Assembly: GCA_963603285.1 (NCBI GenBank)
Contig: CAVCMG010000012.1
Span: 12,791 to 76,790 of the forward strand
Length of the DNA: 64,000 bases
Direction: 5' to 3'
Source of the DNA: Ruminococcus bromii
Lineage (GTDB): Bacteria > Bacillota > Clostridia > Lachnospirales > Lachnospiraceae
A program made the translations under genes and the position numbers. Positions 44,346-53,996 of this stretch are shown here, piece after piece. The notes under the pieces are model-generated. The model was not told where the DNA came from. It made no database searches and was given only the letters and a program-made list of their open reading frames with translations. Position 1 is the stretch's first letter. Every line of letters begins with the position of its first letter.

Positions 44346-45752
44346 ATGAGCAATTATTATTTAGCAGTAGATATCGGTGCGTCCAGCGGACGTCATATTC
44401 TGTGCCATATGGTGAATGGCCAGATGCAGCTGGAGGAGATCCACCGTTTTGAAAATGGTATGAAGATGAAAGACGGCGAGCTTTGCTGGGAGATGGACAG
44501 ACTGTTCCAGGAGGTTGTCAACGGTCTGAAAAAGTGTAAAGAGATCGGCAAGATCCCGGTAAGCATGGGTATCGATACCTGGGGCGTTGATTTCGCTCTG
44601 CTCGACAAGGACGACAATGTGATCGGCAATACTGTAGGTTACCGCGATGGCCGTACCAATGGTATGGATGCAGAGGTTTCCAAGATTATCTCCGAAGAGG
44701 ATCTGTACAAGAGAACCGGTATCCAGAAGCAGCTGTACAATACCATTTATCAGCTGATGGCTGTCAAAACAGCACATCCGGAGTATCTGGAAAAGGCAGA
44801 GGCTATGCTGATGGTTCCGGATTACCTGCAGTTCAGACTGACCGGCAAGAAAGCTCAGGAGTACACCGAGGCTACCACAGGCCAGCTGATCGATCCGAAT
44901 ACCAAGGACTGGGATTATGAGCTGATCGACATGCTTGGCTTCCCGAGAAAGATCTTCCAGGAAGTACATAAACCGGGTACAGTTCTCGGCAATCTGAAAC
45001 CGGAGATCGCCGCTGAGGTTGGTTTCGACCTTGAGGTTATGCAGATCGGTTCCCACGATACAGCTTCCGCTGTACTGGCTGTTCCGGCTAATGACGATGA
45101 CTTTATGTATATCAGTTCCGGTACATGGTCTCTGATGGGCGTTGAGGCCAAAGAGGCTAACTGCTCCATGGAGAGCCGTGCCGCCAACTTTACCAACGAG
45201 GGTGGTTACAACTACCGTTTCCGTTTCCTGAAAAATATCATGGGCCTGTGGATGATCCAGTCTGTACGTCATGAGACAGGCGATGCTTACTCTTTCGCCC
45301 AGATCTGCGATATGGCAGAGGAAGCCAAGGATTTCCCGTCCAGAGTAGACTGCAACGATAACTGCTTCCTGGCTCCGAAGAATATGACCGAGGAGGTTAA
45401 GGATTACTGCCGTCGTACAAACCAGCAGGTTCCGGAGACACTCGGCGAGCTGGCTACTGTGATCTATGCTTCCCTGGCAGAATGCTATGCCAAGACTATC
45501 CATGAGATGGAAGCTATCACAGGCCGTACATATGGACGTATCCATGTTGTAGGTGGTGGTGCCAATGCCGGATACTTAAACCAGCTGACAGCCAATGCCT
45601 GCAAGAGACCGGTATATGCCGGACCGACAGAGGCTACAGCTATCGGTAACCTGACAGCACAGATGCTTAAGGCCAAGGAGTTTGACGCTGTTGAGGAAGC
45701 AAGGGATAATATCTTCAAATCCTTCGGTGTTAAAGAGTACAAGCCGGAGTAG
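44346..45752 (+). CDS. rhaB: FGGY-family sugar kinase, rhamnulokinase-like
   Basis: YLAVDIGASSGRHIL N-terminus and overall RhaB-like layout (GIDTWGVDF, HVVGGGANAGYLNQ). Confidence 0.75.
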   Translation: MSNYYLAVDIGASSGRHILCHMVNGQMQLEEIHRFENGMKMKDGELCWEMDRLFQEVVNGLKKCKEIGKIPVSMGIDTWGVDFALLDKDDNVIGNTVGYRDGRTNGMDAEVSKIISEEDLYKRTGIQKQLYNTIYQLMAVKTAHPEYLEKAEAMLMVPDYLQFRLTGKKAQEYTEATTGQLIDPNTKDWDYELIDMLGFPRKIFQEVHKPGTVLGNLKPEIAAEVGFDLEVMQIGSHDTASAVLAVPANDDDFMYISSGTWSLMGVEAKEANCSMESRAANFTNEGGYNYRFRFLKNIMGLWMIQSVRHETGDAYSFAQICDMAEEAKDFPSRVDCNDNCFLAPKNMTEEVKDYCRRTNQQVPETLGELATVIYASLAECYAKTIHEMEAITGRTYGRIHVVGGGANAGYLNQLTANACKRPVYAGPTEATAIGNLTAQMLKAKEFDAVEEARDNIFKSFGVKEYKPE

Positions 45753-45873
45753 AAAATGTAACCGGGAAGAAGCTGCCGGTCAGAGCAGTTTCTTCCTAGT
45801 ATAAAGAACCTTTCAGGTTGTGCCTGCTTTATGCAAGGTAACTATTAAATATATCTTATTTGGAGGATGAAAC

Positions 45874-47292
45874 ATGCTAGTTAATACAAAAGCAAGAGTT
45901 GGTGTATTTTCCATCGCATTAGGTGCTTACCTGCCGCAGTTCCCGTCTTTGGTACCGGAGTTTGAGGCTCAGTATGAGGCTTTCAAGAAAACTCTGCCGG
46001 ATACCGTAGAGATTATTGACGGCGGTATCGTTACCACAAAAGAACAGTCTATGGTAGCTGGCGACAAGTTCCGCGCTGCAGACGTAGATCTGGTATTCCT
46101 GCAGATGCTGACATATGCTACATCTTACAATATGCTGCCGGCTATCCGCGATCTGGATGTCCCGGTTGTACTGGTTAATGTACAGAAGCTCAAAGCTCTG
46201 GACTACGATCATACAGATATCGCATCCTGGTTGGGCGAAGGCTATGCCTGTGGTGCTGTAGGTGAAGCAGTAGCTGACCTTGAGAGAGCGGGCAAACGCC
46301 ATGCTGTTATCACAGGTGTTGTTGAGGGCGGAGATCCGGCTGTTCAGGCTGAGATCGAAGACTGGTGTAAGGCTGCACAGGTCAGAAGACGTTTCCGTGA
46401 TACCAATATCGCCCAGATCGGTCGTCCGTATCCGGGTATGATGGATCTCTATATTGATGAGACTAACCTGTACAACAGAATGTTCCTGTACACTAAACAG
46501 TTCGACTGGGAGAAAATGTGGGCGATCGCTGACGATATCACAGACGAAGACGCTATCCGTGCAAAAGCACAGGAGATCCTGGATACCTTCGATATCGAGG
46601 GTGGCGGAAGCATCGAGGAAGTATGGGAGATGGCCAAATACGTTGTTGCCTTCGAACAGTGGGTTAAGGACGAGCATCTTGGACTGATCGCTTCCCATTA
46701 CGATGGATTTGCACAGGGCAAAGCCGGTGTCCTTGACAGTATGCTGATCCCGGCATTCTCCATGCTGATCAAACAGGGTACAGCATGTGCCGTTGAGGGC
46801 GATATGAAGGTTGCCATGGCTATGAGTATCTTAAAGACAATCTCCGGTACAGGCCAGCTGTCTGAGATGTATTCCATCGATTTCAACGATGATATCTGCA
46901 TCATCGGTCATTCCGGCAGTGGTGACGCTGATATTTCCGATAAGAAACCGACCATGAAGATCGTTAAAGTATTCCATGGTAAGACAGGCGGCGGATACCT
47001 GACACAGTTCTATCCGTACCTTGGACCGGTAACATACCTGGCTATTACACAGGACAAAGACGGACACTTCAAGTTCGTTGTTGCTGAGGGCGTAAACGAA
47101 GAGGGCAAGATCCTTTCCTTCGGTGATACCAATATGAGAACACGTTTCACCTGCGGTGCACGCGAATTCGTGAACCGTTGGAGCGAAGCAGGTCCGACCC
47201 ATCATATGGCAGCTGCCACAGGCCGTCATATCGATACCATCCTGAAGGTTGCTAAGATCTTCAATATACCGGTAGATATTGTTACAAGATAA
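45874..47292 (+). CDS. L-fucose/L-arabinose isomerase-superfamily sugar isomerase, substrate unknown
   Basis: 472 aa with an AraA/FucI-like three-domain layout (VGVFSIALGAYLPQF..., EGDMKVAMAM..., GPTHHMAAATG). Confidence 0.6.
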   Translation: MLVNTKARVGVFSIALGAYLPQFPSLVPEFEAQYEAFKKTLPDTVEIIDGGIVTTKEQSMVAGDKFRAADVDLVFLQMLTYATSYNMLPAIRDLDVPVVLVNVQKLKALDYDHTDIASWLGEGYACGAVGEAVADLERAGKRHAVITGVVEGGDPAVQAEIEDWCKAAQVRRRFRDTNIAQIGRPYPGMMDLYIDETNLYNRMFLYTKQFDWEKMWAIADDITDEDAIRAKAQEILDTFDIEGGGSIEEVWEMAKYVVAFEQWVKDEHLGLIASHYDGFAQGKAGVLDSMLIPAFSMLIKQGTACAVEGDMKVAMAMSILKTISGTGQLSEMYSIDFNDDICIIGHSGSGDADISDKKPTMKIVKVFHGKTGGGYLTQFYPYLGPVTYLAITQDKDGHFKFVVAEGVNEEGKILSFGDTNMRTRFTCGAREFVNRWSEAGPTHHMAAATGRHIDTILKVAKIFNIPVDIVTR

Positions 47293-47412
47293 TTTCGTAT
47301 ATGTAAAATATGAACACAGCGGAGGTTCACAGGAAGGAAACTCCGTTGTGTGATACAAAAAGACAGCGGAAATTCTGAAAAAGAAATCCGCTGTCTTTTA
47401 CTATGTTGGGAT

Positions 47413-48276
47413 TTAATAGTATTTTCTGTATTCTGTCGGTGTCATTTTGACCAGCTTTTCAAAGCTCCGGGTATAGGTCAGCGTGTTTTTGTAGCCCACA
47501 CTGCTGGCCACGGCTGCGATAGACAGCTTGGAGTAGGAGAGCAGCTCCTTGGATTTGTTGATTCGGAACTCGGTGACGTACTGGTGGACGGTCATGCCGG
47601 TATGTTCCTTGAACAGCTTGCAGAAATAATACTTGGAAAAGCTGATGCTGTTGCAGATCGTGTCGATATCCATATCCTCCTGATAGTTTTCCCGGATATA
47701 TTTGATCGCTGTATTGACCGCATTGTCCTGCAGCGGGGTCATGTCCTTGGCGGCGAGGATATTCTGGGACAGCTTATAGAGCTCCAGAAGCAGCCGGTGG
47801 ATGAGTACTCCGGCTTCGAGCTGGTGCATCAGGGCGTCCTTTTCCGACTGAAAATCGATTTCCAACAGACTGATAAAATAGTCAAGAATATTGCTCAGCT
47901 GATTCGTGTGAAACAGGCTGTTGCTCTTGCGGATCAGATTGTAAAACTGCTGGGCCTGCGCACCGCTGATGACAATATAGAGAAAGTCGCGCTCCTTGTT
48001 CCAGGGCTGGACAAAACTTAACGGTGTATTGCAGGCAGAGACGATCACATCATCCGGATTGACCGGATAGCGGAAACCATGCTTGGAAAACATCATGCTG
48101 GTCTGGGAATACAGAAGCAGATAGTCGGAATAATTGTTGGCGGTGCCCCGGACAAACTTCCGGCTGTTGGAAAAACCGGCTTCCTTGATATAAAAGGGCA
48201 GGGATTTGATCTGCTGGTTCAGAAAAGCCTCCGTACCGCACCGGACAGAGGGCAGCGTTCTTTTTGGCAGCTTCAT
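47413..48276 (-). CDS. AraC-family transcriptional regulator, divergent from the sugar ABC operon
   Basis: C-terminal HTH pair (DIDTICNSISFSKYYFCKLFK...IAAVASSVGYKNTLTYTRSFEK). Confidence 0.85.
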   Translation of the reverse strand: MKLPKRTLPSVRCGTEAFLNQQIKSLPFYIKEAGFSNSRKFVRGTANNYSDYLLLYSQTSMMFSKHGFRYPVNPDDVIVSACNTPLSFVQPWNKERDFLYIVISGAQAQQFYNLIRKSNSLFHTNQLSNILDYFISLLEIDFQSEKDALMHQLEAGVLIHRLLLELYKLSQNILAAKDMTPLQDNAVNTAIKYIRENYQEDMDIDTICNSISFSKYYFCKLFKEHTGMTVHQYVTEFRINKSKELLSYSKLSIAAVASSVGYKNTLTYTRSFEKLVKMTPTEYRKYY

Positions 48277-48557
48277 AAAAACACTCCTTTGAAACAGGTG
48301 AAATATGTTATACTTTTTGTGAAAATACTACGAAATTATGACAAGTTGTATATTCTTGATGATTCAGTATAACATTTTCTGCAGAAAATGGCAAATATGC
48401 ATCAAAAAACAAGAAATGAACGTTGAAAAACAAGTTTTGATATTGTATTATAGCGTGTGTCACGGTAAATTTATGCCATAGTCACCGCGCACACGTGCGT
48501 AGAGGTGGTGTGGCGTGATGAAAAAACAAGAAGGAAGGAAAGGAGATATAACAAATA

Positions 48558-50066
48558 ATGAGTGATTATATCTTGGAACTGAAAGACGTTGTCAAAACGT
48601 TCGGTGGTGTCCGCGCGTTAAACGGCGTACATTTTCAGTTGAAAAAAGGTGAGATCCACGCTCTGATGGGTGAAAACGGAGCCGGTAAATCAACCTTCAT
48701 TAAAGTTATCACGGGTGTACATCAGCCGGACAGCGGTACGATGCTTCTGGAAGGCGAGCGCATGACATTCCGTAATACTTCTGATTCTGCTAAGATGGGT
48801 ATTGCAGCCATCTATCAGCATGTTACATCTTTCCCGGATCTGACCGTTACGGAGAATATCTTCATGGGTCAGGAAATCAAAAATAAATTTGGCATCTATG
48901 ACTGGAAGGCCATGAGAAAACGTGCGAAAGAGCTGATCGAGCCGCTGAGCAAAGAGATCGACGTTAACAAGCCGATGGGAACTCTTTCTGTAGCTGCACA
49001 GCAGCTGGTCGAGATCGCCAAAGCGCTTTCCCGTGATGCTCGTATCCTGATCATGGATGAGCCGACAGCTTCCCTGACAAGAAATGAGTGTCTGCAGCTG
49101 TACCGTATCGCCAAGGATCTGCGTGACAAGGGCGTATCCATTATCTTCATTACCCATCGTTTTGAGGATATGTACGAGCTTTGCTCCCGTGTTACGGTAT
49201 TCCGTGATTCTACATATGTTGGCTGCTGGGATGTTGACAAGATCACCAATCACGATCTGGTAAAAGCAATGGTAGGTCGTGAGCTGACAGCCATGTATCC
49301 GGAAAAAACAGCCAAGATCGGTGATGTTGTCCTCGAAGTCGACAATATCTCCAAAGAAGGTTATTTCAAAAATGTATCCTTCAATGTACGCCGTGGTGAG
49401 ATTCTGGCCCTGACAGGTCTGGTAGGTGCCGGACGTACAGAGGTTTGCCAGAATATCTACGGTATCATGCAGCCGGACAGCGGTGAGATCCGTATGGAAG
49501 GCAAAAAGGTCAATATCAAGAGTCCGATCGATGCATTAAAGCTCGGTATCGGTCTCCTTCCGGAGAACAGACAGACAGAAGGTCTGATCAATGAGCTCCC
49601 GATCTATCAGAATGTTTCCTCTGCTACGATGAAGCAGTTTACCAAAGCCGGTAAGCTTGATGTCAATGCCGAGATGGATAACGCTATCAAACTTTGTAAG
49701 AAGATCCAGCTGAAGGCCAACGATATCACGGCTCCGCCGAGCTCTCTGTCCGGTGGTAACCAGCAGAAGGTCGTTGTTGCCAAGATGCTTTCCGCAGAGC
49801 AGAAGGTTCTGATCATGGATGAGCCGACAAAGGGTATCGACGTAGGTGCCAAGTACTCCATCTATGAGATTATGAACGAGCTGGCCTGCAACGGTTATGC
49901 GATCATCATGGTATCTTCCGAGATGCCGGAGGTTTTAGGTGTGGCTGACCGTGTCGTTGTTATGAAGAGCGGCCGTGTGACAGCTGAGTTCACCGATATG
50001 AAGAACCTGACACAGGAGATGATCTTGGAGGCTTCCCTGAAAGAGAAGAAAGGAGGAGACAAGTAA
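48558..50066 (+). CDS. CUT2-type sugar ABC transporter ATP-binding protein (tandem NBDs)
   Basis: GENGAGKST Walker A, LSVAAQQ/LSGGNQQK signatures, two nucleotide-binding domains in 502 aa. Confidence 0.9.
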   Translation: MSDYILELKDVVKTFGGVRALNGVHFQLKKGEIHALMGENGAGKSTFIKVITGVHQPDSGTMLLEGERMTFRNTSDSAKMGIAAIYQHVTSFPDLTVTENIFMGQEIKNKFGIYDWKAMRKRAKELIEPLSKEIDVNKPMGTLSVAAQQLVEIAKALSRDARILIMDEPTASLTRNECLQLYRIAKDLRDKGVSIIFITHRFEDMYELCSRVTVFRDSTYVGCWDVDKITNHDLVKAMVGRELTAMYPEKTAKIGDVVLEVDNISKEGYFKNVSFNVRRGEILALTGLVGAGRTEVCQNIYGIMQPDSGEIRMEGKKVNIKSPIDALKLGIGLLPENRQTEGLINELPIYQNVSSATMKQFTKAGKLDVNAEMDNAIKLCKKIQLKANDITAPPSSLSGGNQQKVVVAKMLSAEQKVLIMDEPTKGIDVGAKYSIYEIMNELACNGYAIIMVSSEMPEVLGVADRVVVMKSGRVTAEFTDMKNLTQEMILEASLKEKKGGDK

Positions 50067-51046
50067 TGAAAAAGTTATTACAGTCCCGTAATACCGGTCT
50101 GATCGTCGTGCTGATCCTTCTTCTGCTTCTGGCGCGTGTCCTGACACCGGGTATGTTTGCACCGCAGTCTCTGCTGAATATGCTGCAGAACAACTCTGTA
50201 TACGCTCTGCTGGCTGTCGCTGAGATGGTGGTTATCCTGACAAGTGGTATCGATATCTCGATCGCTTCCACGCTTGCTTTTGTAGGTATCGTGACAACTT
50301 CACTTTCCTGCTCCAATCCGGGTGTTCCGGGTATCGTATGGTTCTTACTGGCCATCGTTCTCGGTGCTCTGTGTGGTGCTTTAAATGGAGCGCTGGTAGG
50401 TTTCCTGCACATGGTTCCGATGATCTGTACCCTGGGTACGATGTATATCTTCCGTGGTCTGGCATTTGCCGTATCCGGTGGACAGTGGTGGTTCGCAGCT
50501 TCCTATCTGGACAGCTACCGTGCTTTCGCTGTTACCAAGATCCTTGGTGTGGCAGCTATCGTATGGATCGCCATCATCGTTATGGTTCTTGTTGGCCTGT
50601 TCCTTGGCTATACAGCACCAGGCAGACGTATCTATGCGATTGGTACCAGCCGTGAGTCTTCTTCCGTTGCCGGTATCAAAGAGCCGGTTGTAACCTTCTA
50701 TGCTTTCGTGATCTGTGGTGCTCTGGCCGGTTTGGCAGGTATGCTTTACACAGCCAACTATGCGATCGGTTACTACGGCATGGCGGATGGCTTCGAGATG
50801 ACAGCCATCGCAATCTGTGTACTGGGTGGTGTTTCCATCAATGGTGGTAAAGGTCGTATGGACGGTGTGGCCATCGGTGTGCTGATCATGTGCGTAGTCA
50901 CCAACTTCATCAGTATGATTCCGGGTATGAGTGTATGGCAGAAGGCCCTGCAGGGCGGTATCATAATCGTAGCCGTAATTATCAACTATTTCACAGAGCG
51001 TACTGCTGAGAAACGTGCTCTGAAAGAAAGGGGTGCTTTGATCTAA
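50066..51046 (+). CDS. CUT2-type sugar ABC transporter permease
   Basis: RbsC-like multi-TM protein. Its start overlaps the upstream stop. Confidence 0.85.
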   Translation: MKKLLQSRNTGLIVVLILLLLLARVLTPGMFAPQSLLNMLQNNSVYALLAVAEMVVILTSGIDISIASTLAFVGIVTTSLSCSNPGVPGIVWFLLAIVLGALCGALNGALVGFLHMVPMICTLGTMYIFRGLAFAVSGGQWWFAASYLDSYRAFAVTKILGVAAIVWIAIIVMVLVGLFLGYTAPGRRIYAIGTSRESSSVAGIKEPVVTFYAFVICGALAGLAGMLYTANYAIGYYGMADGFEMTAIAICVLGGVSINGGKGRMDGVAIGVLIMCVVTNFISMIPGMSVWQKALQGGIIIVAVIINYFTERTAEKRALKERGALI

Positions 51047-52290
51047 TGCCAGGAAGTAATTACGACAGAGACCTTTCGGTAAAAGAAGGTTTCGTTTTAT
51101 CCAAATTCCTTGTTAAATGGGAAATGATCCTTGTATATATCCTGATTCTTCTGAATCTGGTACTTTTGATCTTCGAACCGCAGCTGTTTTTCCAGGCTGG
51201 TACGATCCAGACCATCATCAACTCCGGTTTCGACAGTTCACCGTTAGTCCTTGGTATGGTATTCATCCTGTTACTGGGTGATATCGATGTATCTGTAGCT
51301 GCACAGATCGTTCTGGGCGGTATGGTTACCGGTCTTATGATGGATGCCGGTATTCCGTCGATCGTTTGTGTAATCGCAGGTATCCTTACCTGTATGCTGT
51401 GTGGTGTTTTCAACGGCTTCTGTGTTGCTTACTTCAAGATGCCGGCCGTTATTACTACGATTTCCACATCCATGCTGTTTCGTGGTATCGCTGAGATCGT
51501 TCTGGGTGAGAATTCCCTGAAGAACTTCCCGGCATGGTACAACAAGATCGGCTGGTACAATATCGGCGGTGTGATCCCGCTCAGTATGCTGCTGTTTCTG
51601 ATCATGGGTGCGATTCTGTGCTTCGTGCTGCACAAATCCCCGTTTGGACGTAGAGTGTATATCGTTGGTAACAACCCGACATGTGCTACATATTCCGGTA
51701 TCAGTGTATTCCGTGTAAAGATGGAAGTCTTCATCCTCATGGGCTTCATGGCCGGTATCGGTTCCATCTTCTTCATCGGTCGTATGGGTGGCGGTATTTC
51801 CTCCTCCATGGCTACCGGTTATGAGATGACAGCCATCGCTACCGCTGTACTGGGTGGTGTATCCACCAGTGGTGGTAAAGGTAAGATGTACGGTCCGATG
51901 ATCGCTACATTCATCATGTCCTTCCTCATCTTCGTACTCGGTCTGATCGGTATCGACCCGAATACGAAAAAGATCTTCATCGGCGTTATCCTGATCCTGA
52001 CGATCCTGGTTTCCACGATCAACAAGCAGATGATCAAGGATATGAAGCTGCGTATGGTATACCATAACAACAAGAACATCGAGGCTGTCAACGACAGAAC
52101 CGCTGAGCTTGTCAAAGCGCATAAGAAAGAGATCAAGAAGCTGCAGAAGGCCGGTGGTAACGCTGACAAGATCAAGAAGCTGCAGGATGAGATCGCTGCT
52201 GCACAGAAGGAGTGCAAGGAAAAGACTGCACAGTTCTGGGCTGATCAGCAGGCAGATGCCAAGAAAGCAAAGGAAAGATTTGCAAAATAA
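51046..52290 (+). CDS. CUT2-type sugar ABC transporter permease with a ~85-aa Lys-rich coiled-coil-like C-terminal tail
   Basis: RbsC-like core to about residue 325, then KLRMVYHNNKNIEAVNDRTAELVKAHKKEIKKLQKAGGNADKIKKLQDEIAAAQKECKEK... Confidence 0.85.
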   Translation: MPGSNYDRDLSVKEGFVLSKFLVKWEMILVYILILLNLVLLIFEPQLFFQAGTIQTIINSGFDSSPLVLGMVFILLLGDIDVSVAAQIVLGGMVTGLMMDAGIPSIVCVIAGILTCMLCGVFNGFCVAYFKMPAVITTISTSMLFRGIAEIVLGENSLKNFPAWYNKIGWYNIGGVIPLSMLLFLIMGAILCFVLHKSPFGRRVYIVGNNPTCATYSGISVFRVKMEVFILMGFMAGIGSIFFIGRMGGGISSSMATGYEMTAIATAVLGGVSTSGGKGKMYGPMIATFIMSFLIFVLGLIGIDPNTKKIFIGVILILTILVSTINKQMIKDMKLRMVYHNNKNIEAVNDRTAELVKAHKKEIKKLQKAGGNADKIKKLQDEIAAAQKECKEKTAQFWADQQADAKKAKERFAK

Positions 52291-52457
52291 GTATAGAGCA
52301 TACGATTTGGCAAATATGTCCAAAAAAAAGATAAAGTATATACAAAATACACAATTTTTAAAGATGTATTTGCCAAATAATCGGTTATATGCTACTATCT
52401 ACTCGTCGATATAAACGAAAAGTTTATATACACATATCCTAAAGGAGGAAGAAAAGT

Positions 52458-53705
52458 ATGAAAAAACTGAACAAGTTCATGGCACTTGGTCTTGTAGGTG
52501 CTATGGCAGCAACAACACTCGCAGGTTGCGGCGGCAGCTCTTCTGCAGCAGCTACATCCACACCGACTGAGACAAGCGGCAGCGCAGCAGCTGAGAGTAC
52601 AGCAACAAGCGCAGCCAGCGCAGCTACAGAGACAAGTGGTGCAGCTGAGGCTACTACAAGCAAAGATGGCAACCATGTATTCATGTTCAAATCCGTTGGT
52701 AACGCATTCGGTGTTATCATGTACGAAGGATTCAACAGCTACATGACACAGGTTGGTGAGACAGCAGAGGAGAAATCCCCGGCAGAGACAACTGTAGCCG
52801 CTCAGGTACAGCTGATCGATGAAGCCCTGACAAAAGGCTGCAAATCCATTTCTATCTCCACAAACGGTGATACAGGATTTGATGAGGTATTTGCAAAAGC
52901 TCAGAGCCAGAACGTACCGATCGTATCCGTTGACTCCGCAGCATCTGCTGACTACCGTGTAACACACAACAATCAGGCATCTTCCGCAGATATCGGTGCT
53001 ATGCAGGTTCGTGCAGCCGTTATGATCGTTTGCGGTGTTGACTATGATCCGTCTGATTCCGACATGAGCAAATCCGTTGAGACAGCACTGGCTAACTACA
53101 GTGGTGATCCGATCAACATCGGTGTTCTTTCCGCTGGTATCGATACACCGGTACAGAACGGCTGGATCGCAGAGATGGAGAAAGAGCTTCAGAAAGATAT
53201 CTACTCTGGTAAAGTAAATCCGGAGCTGGACAAGAAATACGGTGATGATGAGGCTACCAAATCTACTACACAGGCTCAGGCTTTCTTAAGCGAGAATAAA
53301 GTAGACGTTATCATTTCCCCGACAACAGTTGGTATCGCAGCTGCAGCTGAGGTTATGAAATCTGCTGGTTCTGACATCAAGGTTACAGGTCTTGGTCTTC
53401 CGAGCGAGATGAAACCGTACATGCCGGCTTCTGATTCTGATAACGCTATGGACTTTGTTTGCCCGTTCATGATGCTGTGGGATGTATCTCACCTGGGTGC
53501 TTCTACAGCTGCTATCCAGATGGCTGTTCAGAATGACGGTTATACTGGTGCTGCTGGCGAGAAAGTTACAATGCAGGCTTGGGGCGAGTACGAGGAAGAA
53601 ACATTTGAGACAACAGCTGACGAAGCTGGTGGAACAAGCGTTCTGACAGGTATCCCGTACACATTCTACAAAGGCAACATGGCAGATTGGGCTGACAAAC
53701 TCTAA
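52458..53705 (+). CDS. Sugar ABC transporter substrate-binding lipoprotein (type I PBP)
   Basis: Lipobox LAGCGG, a long Ala/Ser/Thr linker, then an RbsB/RhaS-like binding fold. Confidence 0.8.
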   Translation: MKKLNKFMALGLVGAMAATTLAGCGGSSSAAATSTPTETSGSAAAESTATSAASAATETSGAAEATTSKDGNHVFMFKSVGNAFGVIMYEGFNSYMTQVGETAEEKSPAETTVAAQVQLIDEALTKGCKSISISTNGDTGFDEVFAKAQSQNVPIVSVDSAASADYRVTHNNQASSADIGAMQVRAAVMIVCGVDYDPSDSDMSKSVETALANYSGDPINIGVLSAGIDTPVQNGWIAEMEKELQKDIYSGKVNPELDKKYGDDEATKSTTQAQAFLSENKVDVIISPTTVGIAAAAEVMKSAGSDIKVTGLGLPSEMKPYMPASDSDNAMDFVCPFMMLWDVSHLGASTAAIQMAVQNDGYTGAAGEKVTMQAWGEYEEETFETTADEAGGTSVLTGIPYTFYKGNMADWADKL

Positions 53706-53996
53706 TTTAGAAATTGTCACGAGAAACTGCATGACAGTTTAAGCTGATCTTTAGGCGTCTGCCCGAAAGGGCAGGCGCTTTTAAATTTACGTGGGCAACA
53801 AGCCAAAGTCCGTGCCTGCACGAGACCACTGGCGGCTGCTGCTTCAGCCGAGTGCTTTTTACGAAAAGCCTTCAGCTGAGCCAGCACGTTCACATTTTCT
53901 CCACAGGGAACTGATAAAGTGGTACACTGTGGGAAGGTACTGTAAACAGTGCGGACGACAGATGAAAAAGAAATATGGTAAAGGAGTATGTAAGCT

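Noticed and set aside
52520-52670. Low-complexity GCA/GCT-rich stretch.
   Set aside because: It encodes the Ala/Ser/Thr linker after the lipobox of the sugar-binding lipoprotein. The alternative-frame ORFs at 52498-52746 and 52439-52735 are artefacts.
53706-53996. 290-nt gap before the GldA-like ABC gene, with the 69-aa ORF at 53791-54000 and short direct repeats (CTTCAGCCGAG / CTTCAGCTGAG).
   Set aside because: The ORF has no ATG or RBS support and no recognisable fold signature, and the repeats are short. Nothing there could be supported as a feature.
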